Positions 26,126-36,600 of a stretch of DNA of 64,000 bases are shown one piece after another. A program made the position numbers and the translations under genes. How positions within the stretch are numbered: the stretch's first letter is position 1; each line of letters starts with the position of its first letter. The notes beneath the pieces are model-generated. The model searched no databases. It saw only the letters and a program-made list of their open reading frames with translations, and was not told the DNA's origin. Location of the stretch: the IMG/VR virus record IMGVR_UViG_3300044630_004883, one strand, 5' to 3'. Source of the stretch: an uncultured virus (IMG/VR IMGVR_UViG_3300044630_004883) (lineage: Duplodnaviria; Heunggongvirae; Uroviricota; Caudoviricetes).

Positions 26126-29100
26126 TTATATTGCGTATGAATTACTTCCTACCTTATTTACCACTCTACCAATTGCGGCTGATACTTTTGTTCCATCCAT
26201 ATAAACACCAACCTTACCAGAACTAAGGTCAGCTCTTAAACCTTTAATTTCATCTAATAATGCGGTATCACCACCTTCAGCACCGGCTCCTTCTCCACCA
26301 CCCATTCCTAACATTGAACCAACACCAACTGCTATTGCTCCAACAGCAGCTACAGCCATTAAACCAGGCAATGCAGCTATACCAGCTACACCTACTAAAG
26401 TCAATGCTCCAGCTAATCCTACTAACGCAAGAGATAGAGCGGCTATTGGTGCAATGTATTGGAACATTTCTCCAATAACACTACCAACCGTTGACATTGC
26501 CGTTATAACACTTGTCAATCCACCACCTAATGTAGCTAGTGAAGTAGTTATTAAACTTAATCCAGTACCAACCAACATTATACCAGCTCCCACAAGAAGT
26601 AAACCAGGTGCGGCAATTAAACCGGCTAATCCGAATCCCATCAATGCTAACGATAATGTACCTAATGAAAGTGATAACATAGCAATCGGTCCAGCATATT
26701 CAAACATTCCACTCAATACACTTCCTATTTGTGGAAGTATTCCTAACACACTTCCTAATCCACCACTTAATGTAGTAAGTGCAGTTGATATTAGTGTTAA
26801 TCCAGCACCAACCATCATTATACCAGCTCCCACAAGAAGTAAACCAGGTGCGGCTATTAAACCAGCCATACCAAATCCTATCAATGCGAATGATAGTACC
26901 CCCAATGAAAGTGATAACATAGCCATTGGTCCTACAAATGCGAATATACCAGCCAATACATCTCCGATTTGTGATATTGATGATATTACACTTCCCATAG
27001 AACCACCAATTGCGTTAAATCCAGCTGCGGCAACTAATAAACCAGCACCCAATGTCATCATTGCAATTCCTAATCCAGCTAATGCTAATAAACCAGCTCC
27101 AAATATAAATGCTCCTGCACCAGTCATCATTAATGAACCTAATGCGAATGCAGCTGCTCCAAATATTACTAAACCAGCTCCAGCTGCTATTACTGAACCA
27201 ATGTCCAATCCACTTATTAAACTCATTGCGTATGCAAATGGTACTAATGCTAATCCTAATATTGCTACTGCCAATGCTCCTTTTATCATATCACCTTGTG
27301 CTTTTCCTAATACATAAGCAATTGCGGCCAAACCAGCTACCCCAACTAAACCCTTTCCAACATCTTCCCACTTAACAGTTGCAAATTCTTGGAATGCTTT
27401 AGCTGCTACATATAATGCGGCTGCCATAATTAACATAGCTGCGGCTCCTTTAATTAAATCATTTGCCTTAATACCCTTACCCATTTTACCCATCTTATCC
27501 CCAGCATCGGTATCCGGTGTTTTTATACTTTTTGCTTTATCACCAACACCAGCTAAAAGTTTATCTTTAGCTCCACCAGCAACAGCATCAGTAGCACCCC
27601 CACCAAATAAACCAGCTACTTTTTGTGCACCCATCTTAACTAAGTTCTTTAAGAAATCAGCTGATTTAGTAACTATACCACCCATATCGATGCCCAATGA
27701 TTTAAACCCTTGGCCAAGTTGACCACTCATTGTAATCATCCCACCAAGCCCCTCTAATCCAGTACCTAAATATTTATTTAATCCCATGTTAAGGGTTTCC
27801 CCCATAGCACTAAACGTTTCATTTACAGCAGCACCCATTGTATTGGCATTCTCTTGGTTTGTAGCCATTTTTTCCAATTCTGCAACCGAAACTCCTAATA
27901 AATCAGCGGATGCTTTCTTTTGGAAGTAATCCATTTTGTTGAATGCTTCAATACCACCTAATGCACTTAAGGTTTCATTCATTGCACCTTGCATATCACC
28001 TTCATATGCTAATGCTCTAGCTCTATCTAAGTTGATATCTTTACCAAGCATTGCACCTAATTCTAATTCCTTAGTAATAGATGATTCGAAATCCAATAGG
28101 TTATCAGCAACACCACTAATGGTACTCATATTTACACCTAATTTCTTAGCGTATCCTGCTGCTTGTAATATATTTTTACCACCATCTTTTCCAAATAATG
28201 CAAACTCTTCAGCTGAACCAGCTAAATCTGCCATTAAATCGGCAGGTATAATTCCATTTTGGTTTGCAAACTCCTGAGTGGTTTTAATCATATTTGCTGC
28301 TATTTCGGTTGAACCACCATTCAACCTTGCAAATGAACCCATTAATCCAACTGCTTCGGTATTTGTTATACCCATATTAGCAGCTATTAACCCAACATTA
28401 GCTTGTGTTTGGAATGTTGCAGCAGATACATCTCCGAATTCAGATGCTAATGATTTTACAGTACTAGCAGTATCTTCAAATATAAATCCTAATGCAGTTG
28501 CGGATGTAGTTGAAGAGTTCAATCCTTGTGAGAATGATTGCCCCAACTCTTTATTCATATCACCAAATTTATTGGCGAACGCACCAGTTGCAATTACTAA
28601 TGCTCCAATAGCTGCTTGAGGTCTTAGTAAAAATGTTGTTAAGGTTGAACCTAATGCTCCTATTTTTTTCTTTATAGCATCAAACGCAGTTGCCTGTTCT
28701 TCTAATATATCTTTTTGTTCTTGTGTTAGAGATGCCATATCCCTTGCAGCTACAACCTGAGATTCAATGGATGCTTCTATTTGCCCTTGAATACTTAGAA
28801 ATTGTTTAGCTACATTAGTTCTCTTATCCAATGCATTAACTTGCTCTTGAATTTGGTCACTAATTGAATTTAATTTATCTTCTAATTCAGCTTTTTGAAC
28901 AATATCATCAGCGGTTAGTTGAGCTAACTCTTTTGCTATCGATGATTGTTCGTTATATTGTGATAATATATCAGTTACAATATCAGATGATGTTTTATTT
29001 CTTTCAGAAATTTCACTACCTCTTGCTAATTGGTCTGATACACTAGTTGCTATATCTCTTTGTAATATCGCTTGAGTTCGCATTTCATTAGAAACAGCTG

Positions 29101-29335
29101 AGTATATTGTACCCAACGATTTAGCTTCTTGCTCTAATGTAACAGCACCCTGTACTGTTTTATTTTGATTATCAACAAATGTCTTTAAAGTACCTACTAT
29201 TCCCTCTAATCTACTTTTTAATTTAATATAAGTTTCATCCAACTTAGCGGCATCTTTTCCCTGCTCAAGCTGAATTTGCTTAATTTGTTTTAGTATCTCA
29301 ACTCTTTCTTTAAGTAGACTGTTGCTATCTGCCAT
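26126..29335 (-). CDS. Tail tape measure protein
   Basis: 1069 aa helical, coiled-coil N-terminus, Ala/Gly-rich hydrophobic repeats, C-terminal VYMDGTKVS. Canonical position after tube and chaperone. Confidence 0.88.
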   Translation of the reverse strand: MADSNSLLKERVEILKQIKQIQLEQGKDAAKLDETYIKLKSRLEGIVGTLKTFVDNQNKTVQGAVTLEQEAKSLGTIYSAVSNEMRTQAILQRDIATSVSDQLARGSEISERNKTSSDIVTDILSQYNEQSSIAKELAQLTADDIVQKAELEDKLNSISDQIQEQVNALDKRTNVAKQFLSIQGQIEASIESQVVAARDMASLTQEQKDILEEQATAFDAIKKKIGALGSTLTTFLLRPQAAIGALVIATGAFANKFGDMNKELGQSFSQGLNSSTTSATALGFIFEDTASTVKSLASEFGDVSAATFQTQANVGLIAANMGITNTEAVGLMGSFARLNGGSTEIAANMIKTTQEFANQNGIIPADLMADLAGSAEEFALFGKDGGKNILQAAGYAKKLGVNMSTISGVADNLLDFESSITKELELGAMLGKDINLDRARALAYEGDMQGAMNETLSALGGIEAFNKMDYFQKKASADLLGVSVAELEKMATNQENANTMGAAVNETFSAMGETLNMGLNKYLGTGLEGLGGMITMSGQLGQGFKSLGIDMGGIVTKSADFLKNLVKMGAQKVAGLFGGGATDAVAGGAKDKLLAGVGDKAKSIKTPDTDAGDKMGKMGKGIKANDLIKGAAAMLIMAAALYVAAKAFQEFATVKWEDVGKGLVGVAGLAAIAYVLGKAQGDMIKGALAVAILGLALVPFAYAMSLISGLDIGSVIAAGAGLVIFGAAAFALGSLMMTGAGAFIFGAGLLALAGLGIAMMTLGAGLLVAAAGFNAIGGSMGSVISSISQIGDVLAGIFAFVGPMAMLSLSLGVLSFALIGFGMAGLIAAPGLLLVGAGIMMVGAGLTLISTALTTLSGGLGSVLGILPQIGSVLSGMFEYAGPIAMLSLSLGTLSLALMGFGLAGLIAAPGLLLVGAGIMLVGTGLSLITTSLATLGGGLTSVITAMSTVGSVIGEMFQYIAPIAALSLALVGLAGALTLVGVAGIAALPGLMAVAAVGAIAVGVGSMLGMGGGEGAGAEGGDTALLDEIKGLRADLSSGKVGVYMDGTKVSAAIGRVVNKVGSNSYAI
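26480..26980 (-). repeat. 240-bp (80-aa) tandem duplication within the tape measure gene
   Basis: taccagctcccacaagaagtaaaccaggtgcggc is identical at 26581 and 26821. Boundaries approximate. Confidence 0.85.
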
Positions 29336-29341
29336 AATTTA

Positions 29342-29536
29342 TTATAAATCCTTAAGAATTTTCTCTAACTCTTTGATTTCTTTTTCAATGGTTGTTAATC
29401 TGGCAGTAACGTGAGTAGGAACTCCTTTCTTTTTGGCTTGTTGTATAAACCTGTCTTGAGTACCCTTTTGAAGGTCATCTAAAAAACGATTTATGAATCC
29501 AACAATTGAACCTTCGTTTAAATTTTTCTTTCCCAT
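29342..29536 (-). CDS. Small hypothetical protein upstream of tape measure
   Basis: 64-aa ORF preceded by an ATATTTAT box at 29569-29562. Confidence 0.6.
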   Translation of the reverse strand: MGKKNLNEGSIVGFINRFLDDLQKGTQDRFIQQAKKKGVPTHVTARLTTIEKEIKELEKILKDL

Positions 29537-29575
29537 AATAATTTATGTTATTCGTACTCCTATAAATATAAAGAT

Positions 29576-29611
29576 AAAAAAAAGTGAGGATTATCTTTTA
29601 ATCCTCACTTT
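29576..29611 (-). terminator. Rho-independent terminator
   Basis: Minus strand AAAGTGAGGATTA-AAAGA-TAATCCTCACTTT followed by TTTTT. Confidence 0.85.
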
Positions 29612-29806
29612 CGATTGTTGTTGTGCTTTTTTATGTTCTTCGGATTCTTTCTTTTTTAACTCAATTAATTTGTTAAAATAGAATTTTCTCCATTGTGATG
29701 GCATGAAATACACATCATTCCAGCTGAATCCATTACCATAATTAACCAACTCCCAAATTTGAGTATGGAGTTGAATACTATAATCACTCGGTAGGGTAAA
29801 AAAAGT
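29591..29806 (-). CDS. Start-less ORF, putative frameshift extension of the tail/baseplate chaperone (T4 gp51-like)
   Basis: Not in the ORF track. 71 sense codons (TFFTLPSDYSIQLHTQIWELVNYGNGFSWNDVYFMPSQWRKFYFNKLIELKKKESEEHKKAQQQSKVRIKR) bounded by TAA at both ends, overlapping the upstream gene at a T7 run. Confidence 0.7.
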   Translation of the reverse strand, partial: TFFTLPSDYSIQLHTQIWELVNYGNGFSWNDVYFMPSQWRKFYFNKLIELKKKESEEHKKAQQQSKVRIKR

Positions 29807-30557
29807 TTATCCCAAATGGGATATCTAGCGCCTCCGTTTCGCCTGTTACATCTGATGTGAAATCAAATTTTAAATCCATATCCGGACTTAACTCCTTAAC
29901 ATATTTTCTAAATGCCTTAGTATCCAATGCAAGGAATCCATTTTGAATCCAGCTTGTAACAAACCCTTTATCTTCATTTCCATCAACAGATTGTATCATA
30001 TATTTCAAACGAGTAGTAACATCAAATGTTTTTTCTCCCTTTCCTTTATATAATCTTTCTAATGCTTGAATTTCTTTTGTAATTTCAGTTTCATCACCGT
30101 GTGTTAGTAATTTAAATACCAACTCTTTACCTGATTTTGGTAATTTGAATTTATATCTATTTTCACCATTTAATAGAGATTCATTAACATCTTTAGTTTT
30201 CACCTTAGATAAATCAATTGTTACTGATTGTTTTTCCAATGTAAATGGGTCAGTAATTTCAACAGTATAATCAGCCCCATAACCTAATACTCTTGTTGCC
30301 ATTAAAATTGCGTTTTTATCTCCAATAAATACATCGTTGATATTAACACCTTCTTCAACAACAATAGATTCGAATAATTTATCCAATACCACACCTTTTT
30401 TAATTAAAGTTTGTGATGCAAGGATATCTTCTTCTCTAGCTGTCATGTATTTGATTTCAATGTTACCCTTTCTTAATGGGTGTTTTTCGGGATACACTAA
30501 CCCCTTTGATGGTAAATCAATAATTTCCGTTGGGAAATCGAATTTAGTATTGCTCAT
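29784..30557 (-). CDS. Tail/baseplate assembly chaperone, T4 gp26-like
   Basis: IDLPSKGLVY...IKYMTAREEDIL...GDKNAILMATRVLGYG. Lies between the tube and tape measure genes. Confidence 0.75.
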   Translation of the reverse strand: MSNTKFDFPTEIIDLPSKGLVYPEKHPLRKGNIEIKYMTAREEDILASQTLIKKGVVLDKLFESIVVEEGVNINDVFIGDKNAILMATRVLGYGADYTVEITDPFTLEKQSVTIDLSKVKTKDVNESLLNGENRYKFKLPKSGKELVFKLLTHGDETEITKEIQALERLYKGKGEKTFDVTTRLKYMIQSVDGNEDKGFVTSWIQNGFLALDTKAFRKYVKELSPDMDLKFDFTSDVTGETEALDIPFGINFFYPTE

Positions 30558-30605
30558 AATTAACCTTTATTTGTTTGTATATAAATATATACTTTTTGAA
30601 AAATT

Positions 30606-30642
30606 AAAAAAAAAGAGAGATTCTTAATAAAAGAACCTCTCT
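30606..30642 (-). terminator. Rho-independent terminator after tail tube gene
   Basis: Minus strand AGAGAGGTTCTT-TTATT-AAGAATCTCTCT followed by T8. Confidence 0.85.
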
Positions 30643-30668
30643 AATTAATGTAATTATTGATTTTTATT

Positions 30669-31157
30669 TTAGAATTCTAAAATTGCGTAATCATAAGCCA
30701 ATGTCAATTCGATATCAGCTGCATCGTTTGAATCAAATGATAAATCTCCGAAGTTAGCAGATACAATAAATGCTCCTTTTAACTTCCATTGTTCGATTTT
30801 ATCACCAACAGGCCCTAGCATATAGAAATCGATGTCCTTTTTATAGAAATCGGCGTAACCTTTTCTACCAGTTAACGATTCATATCCTAAACGAACCCAT
30901 TCCATTACTTGTTGTGCTCCAGATGGAACGATTGGGTCATACAATGTTATTGTAATGTCCTGCCATTCTCCCTTACCTTGCAATTTGCGATAAGTGTTGA
31001 TATGGTCTAGTTTAACCGGTTCGAAAGTGATAGATGGTCTAGCCGCTGATTTTATTAAGTAAGATTGAATTCCGTCAATCTCCATAATATAGCGGTTCTT
31101 CATCTTCGGTTCGAAGTTGGTAAACATCATTTGTGAAAATTCTAATACTTCTGCCAT
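30669..31157 (-). CDS. Tail tube protein (T4 gp19-like)
   Basis: FEPKMKNRY, WQDITITLYDPI, EQWKLKGAF, IELTLAYDYA. Follows the sheath gene. Confidence 0.9.
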   Translation of the reverse strand: MAEVLEFSQMMFTNFEPKMKNRYIMEIDGIQSYLIKSAARPSITFEPVKLDHINTYRKLQGKGEWQDITITLYDPIVPSGAQQVMEWVRLGYESLTGRKGYADFYKKDIDFYMLGPVGDKIEQWKLKGAFIVSANFGDLSFDSNDAADIELTLAYDYAILEF

Positions 31158-31209
31158 GTTTTATCTCCTATTATACTAATAAATATTAGTTATTTTTTTA
31201 TTTGTTAAT

Positions 31210-33546
31210 TTATGCTGAGAAACTTGCTCCAGTAGGTAAGATATTGAAATCAATTACAATAAATTCAGCAGTTTTTGCTGGTTGTAAGAATATCTGTCCT
31301 GCTAAAATGTTTCTATCTACTACATCAGGTGTGTTGTTAGATTCATCCATAACTACTTTGAATGCGTATAAACCTTGTCTTTGTTGAATTCCTTCTAAGT
31401 AAGGTTGTACAGTGTTGATAAATCTACCACGAGTTGCTGCGGTATTTTGTTCGAACACTAAGAATCTAGAAGTAGATGCGATATACTTTTTAACGGTAAT
31501 CAATAATCTTCTTACGTTGATTCTATCCAATGCTGATGCTTTATCTTGCAACGTTTTTTGTCCAAATGCTACAATACCTTGCCCAGGGAAAGAAGCGATT
31601 GGGTTTACTTTGTTTTCATATAAAGTATCTCTTTCAGAATGTGTTAATCTATTAAGAACTGAAACAGCTCCTACGATTCCTCCTCTATTCAAACCAGCAG
31701 GTGCGAACCATTCAGCCGCAATAGCGTCATTTGATGCGTACACAGCAGGTAACAATACTGATGGTGGAACACTTATTAATTTGTTAGTGTTTGAATCAAC
31801 CATCTTAACCCAAGGGTAGTAAGTACCAGCGTAGTTTGAATCAACTGCTGCTGCCTGAGTAGTAGCTTGTGCTATTGTATCAGGTGCTGCGTTAAAATCA
31901 GCGATGTAGAAACAATCTTGTCTAGCTTCAACCATATCAATTACTTTAGTAGTAACCGGAGTGTGTAATCTTCTAATAACACCCGGAGTTACAACCATAT
32001 TGATATCATATTCATCAGCGTTTGAAATTGCGTTGATTGCTTTAGAGTATGCCTCATATCCACTAGCTACAGAAGTTGATAAATCAAATCCCTGTGAGTT
32101 AGCTGCTGATATTGCCGTTCCTAAGTTAATTGGAGTTGCCGGAGATTGTCCGTTAAATCCACCTTGGAAACCTAATATAAATTGTCTCTTAGCCATATCA
32201 GTTGAATCAGAACCACTCATTACATAAGTAAGTTGAGAATCAAATCCGAAATCTACGTTTGCTCCAATTTTAGTAGTTGGTAATGGTGCCAAATAATTAG
32301 CGTTATCTAATTTAATACCAATTGTTTCGAAATCAAAACCAGCAAAATAAATTGGTGAACCAGCAGTATTATCTACTGAACCAGTTTGGAAAACAACAGC
32401 AGGTATCCATTCGGCCTGTGTTGTTGTTGTTGTTTCAATTGGATTAGTATAAGCTCCATGTCCAAATGGTGCTGCTGATACAGGGTATGAACCTTGCTCT
32501 TTAACTTCTACTCTAATATATTTTGAGTTATTCAACCAATCACCATATTCAGTAATTTTACCAGTTGAATCAATTGTCATAAATCTATCACCAATTACTC
32601 TAGCTATAAAGTTAGGAGATGCAGGGTCTAAGTTTACGTTGTTAAATGTTTCTAATACTGATTTTCTCTTATCAGTATCATTGTATGCTCTTACAGATAC
32701 AGAGAATGTAGAGTAATCAGTTGCTCCATCTTCACCAGCTGCTTTCACATTAGAAATACCGATTTTAAATCTTGTGTTTTCGTTGTTACCATATCCTAAT
32801 GTATGGAAACGGAATAATTCATATCTCTCACCAGAAATAAGTTGTGATTTTACATAAGGAGTTTGTGCAGGAGATGCTCCAGCTTGCGAAGGTGCTCCTA
32901 ATCCTAAATCAGTACCACCAAATACTTGAGATGGTAATGCAATTGCTACAACTGCTCCAGCAGGATTGCTTGTATTGTAATTAAATGCAGATGCTTCATT
33001 TTCAAAGTATGAATAAACATATCCATCTTTTGAACCAAATGGTGATTCACCAAATACATCACTTACATCATTAGTTGCCGATGGAACTAAAGATGATGAT
33101 ACAAAACCAATACCAGAACCAGAAACTACAAATGAACCAGATATAGTTAATGATGGTGTTACAGTAAATGGACCAAATCCTACTTCAGCATCACCATTGT
33201 TGGTTGAGTGAATAGTAGAGATTAATTTCTTACCAGCAGAACCACTAGCAACTAAACCAATTGGTGTAGCTTGTGTATATCCTCCGGTATCCATTACCCT
33301 TACAACAGTCACAGTACCTGCTTCTCTTAAATAGTTTTGAACCGCATACTCTGTGTAGTATGTTCCATCAGGTGTTCCGAAAATGTTTTCGAATTCTGAT
33401 TGTGTTCTTACGATTGTGGGAACAAACGCAGGTCCTTGTTTGAAAGGTCCTATAAACGCTGCTCCAATTTCTCCGATACCCTGAGCCAAGAACGATAAAT
33501 CGTTTTCTCTTGTGAATACTCCGGGTGATACAATTCTTTCTGCCAT
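31210..33546 (-). CDS. Contractile tail sheath protein (T4 gp18-like)
   Basis: SPGVFTRENDLS, YYPWVK, WFAPAGLNRG, LYENKVNPI, DRINVRRLL, FEQNT, PAKTAEFIVIDF. Confidence 0.96.
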   Translation of the reverse strand: MAERIVSPGVFTRENDLSFLAQGIGEIGAAFIGPFKQGPAFVPTIVRTQSEFENIFGTPDGTYYTEYAVQNYLREAGTVTVVRVMDTGGYTQATPIGLVASGSAGKKLISTIHSTNNGDAEVGFGPFTVTPSLTISGSFVVSGSGIGFVSSSLVPSATNDVSDVFGESPFGSKDGYVYSYFENEASAFNYNTSNPAGAVVAIALPSQVFGGTDLGLGAPSQAGASPAQTPYVKSQLISGERYELFRFHTLGYGNNENTRFKIGISNVKAAGEDGATDYSTFSVSVRAYNDTDKRKSVLETFNNVNLDPASPNFIARVIGDRFMTIDSTGKITEYGDWLNNSKYIRVEVKEQGSYPVSAAPFGHGAYTNPIETTTTTQAEWIPAVVFQTGSVDNTAGSPIYFAGFDFETIGIKLDNANYLAPLPTTKIGANVDFGFDSQLTYVMSGSDSTDMAKRQFILGFQGGFNGQSPATPINLGTAISAANSQGFDLSTSVASGYEAYSKAINAISNADEYDINMVVTPGVIRRLHTPVTTKVIDMVEARQDCFYIADFNAAPDTIAQATTQAAAVDSNYAGTYYPWVKMVDSNTNKLISVPPSVLLPAVYASNDAIAAEWFAPAGLNRGGIVGAVSVLNRLTHSERDTLYENKVNPIASFPGQGIVAFGQKTLQDKASALDRINVRRLLITVKKYIASTSRFLVFEQNTAATRGRFINTVQPYLEGIQQRQGLYAFKVVMDESNNTPDVVDRNILAGQIFLQPAKTAEFIVIDFNILPTGASFSA

Positions 33547-33673
33547 ATTTTATTTCTCCAATAAGTTTAGTTTGATTATAATATCAAATACACATATAAA
33601 TATAAAGAAAAATCCCAAAACATAAATTTTGGTTGTATGATTGGGAGTTTTTCTTCTTTTATATAAATATCAA

Positions 33674-36600
33674 TTATTTTATCAAAGATTTAATCATTTC
33701 TTTTAATTCATCAATTTGTTTTTGCTGAGAATTGATTATTTCGGTTTGTTCTTTAATACCTTCAACTAAAAGAGGAACTACTTTAGCGTAGTTTACAGTT
33801 AAGTAATCTTCTCCAGATTTGGAACCTACAATATTATTATTTTTATCAGTTTCCGTATCAAATGGTGCTAATGTCACAATTTCAGGTAAAACTTCTTGTA
33901 CTTCTTGTGCTGATAAACCTAATTGTCTTTTTTCGTTTTTGTATCCGAATGATTTTGCTAAATCATTTTCAACATAATAGAATCCATTCAATTTAGAGAT
34001 TTTATCTAAAGCGTTTTCAATAGAACCAACTTTAGTTTTTAATCTTTCATCAGAGTAGTATGCAATAACATCACCCTGTGCGTAAACCCAGTTATAAGAA
34101 TAAACATAATCATAGTTTGTTCTATTCAATCTGGAAGTACCATTCGGAGCCAAATAATATGCAGTATCACTGTTGTGGTAATATACGTTACCATATACTC
34201 TATTATTGAAATATGCAATAGGGTTACCACTCTCTCGTCCGATATATGCTACGGAAACTGACTGGCCAGTAGTATTATCATGTATTCTTACATATGAGTT
34301 TGCATTATTATCATTTGAATCTAATCTTAAGTTGATATCATTAAATGAGTTAATACTCATCGAATCACTAAACGAACCATTTAAATCAGTAGATGCGATA
34401 CCATGATTTGAATAAGTGTCATAATTCGCGTTCCAGTCAAATGACATGTATGCCGTTTTATGGAATGAATTTGACCAAGTACCATATCCCTGTGCTCTAC
34501 CTTTATTAGTATCTGAACCGAAGTATGTTGTATCAGTTATGGTTGTATTGAAACGAGATGTTGATGCAAAATCACCATAGTATCCAGAGTTATTACCATC
34601 GTAATATATACCACCATAAACTGTACCTGTTCCGAAATTTGAATAACCAGAATAGTTGTTTGAATTTAGATATCTAACCCATCCGCTGAAACTTCCTCCG
34701 GTAATATTTCTTTGATAAATTTCATTTGCATTATCTTCCCATCCATATGCCAATTGAGTTCCCCAATAGTTACTTGAGTTTGCATGTCTCATATTTACCT
34801 GGAACCACCAAGTTCCAGATGGACCACCATTATATTTATCTTCACCAAACGTAAATGAACTTATTGGAGTTCGATTGAAATCTGAAACCCAGTTTCCTTC
34901 TCCATAACCACTCATATCATTATGAGCTTTTAATGCAGTCTTAGTTATATTTAAACGAGATGTTGATGCTGGGTCTGCATAATATGCACTATCAGCCGAA
35001 TCATAATAAATTCCAGCATACATTGCTCCACTATTTCCATCATTCACATCAAGCATAGGTACAGTTCTCCAAGTACCAGCATTTGGCCAAGATTGACGGA
35101 ATCGTAAATTTCCAATTGGACCACCTACCAACTGCCAACCATATGCACTATTGTATGCATTGGTGTAGTGATATGCTTGAGTACCTACCCAATGTGAAGT
35201 ACCAGATGGTTGATTTGATGGGTTTGACCAAGAATCAATGAATCCACTACCCCATGTCATCATAGTGTTGAAGTCAGTTGTACCCCAACCCATACTTCCA
35301 ACCCAATAATTAGAGTCGCCCGTATGAATAAATCTTGGGATATTGTATTTCCATGTTCCTTTGGTTCCTTCTACTGTTCTTGCGGTAAATCCATTAACGC
35401 TGGTGCTTCTATCACCTGCATAATTACCATAGTATCCAGTATCATCATTATCATAGAATATAGGTGCCTGAACTGAAGTTCTGAACCAACCACGTGATGA
35501 TATTGCCGCAAAAGTTGTACCATAGTTCATTACCAATAAACCGTGGTCATTTAAGAATCCAGCTTGTCCTCCAGCATTAGGATGTGACCAAGATAATCCA
35601 TATAAGTTACCAGTACCAGTACCATCAATTGCTAATTTATATGCATTACCCATTGCAAATATACCCTGATATCTAACAGATGTATAAACACCTACAATTG
35701 ATTGTCCATAGTTGTTATCTAAGTAAAGGTTTTCATTTCCATCAATTCGGATACCACCATTTGCTACTACATATGATAATCTAGCAGTTCCATTAGGGTC
35801 TAAATAATATGCAGTATTTGCATAATCATAGTAAAGATTAGCTCTTAAATTTTTATTACCACCACCAGGTCCAATGTAAACATCACCACCATCATAATAG
35901 TTTAATTCTAACGGGTCACTACCTCTACCATTTACAGTATCAGCATATACGTTTCTACCAATGAAACCATAACTCGTATCTCCCGCCCAATATAAATTAT
36001 CATAATTAATAGCGTTTATACGAGATGTTGATGCAAAATCACCATAGTATCCCGTATTATCCGAATCATAAAATATTGGTGCTCTTAATGAGTTACCACC
36101 CGTAGCGTAGTTGTTAAATAATACGGTATTATTTGGATACATTTCCATATTAGTAACTCTAGTACCAGATGTATTTGTATTATAGAAATACAAATCACCA
36201 CCATCACTAAATCTCATATATGCCTGTCCGTGTGCGGTATTTATTCTACCAAATCCGTTTGGTGAACCATTATTATTAGTTACGTTATATCCAAATCCAC
36301 CCCAGTTCCACGTTACACCAGGTTCAGATACCCACATTCTTAAATTAATTTCACCTGCACCAGCACCATTGTTTCCAGACAATAATCTAACTCCAATTTG
36401 AGAATCCCCATGTCCACCATTTACTTGAAATGTACCATATAAGTAAGTGTTACTATTGGGGTTCATATAATATGTAGTATCATCTATATCATAGAATATA
36501 GTAGCTCTTGATGAACCATATGCGTAATGATTACCAGCAGTATCATATCCACCAACTGTTCTACCGGCAGTTTCAGAATACATATGGAATGCATCAGTAC

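Noticed and set aside
26454..28619. Plus-strand ORFs antisense to the tape measure gene
   Set aside because: Antisense shadows of Ala/Gly/Leu-rich codons, fully inside a well-supported gene.
22049..33546. Bacterial contractile injection system or tailocin rather than a phage
   Set aside because: The tail genes are contiguous with T4-like replication genes, endolysin and phage-style gene packing. There are no bacterial housekeeping operons.
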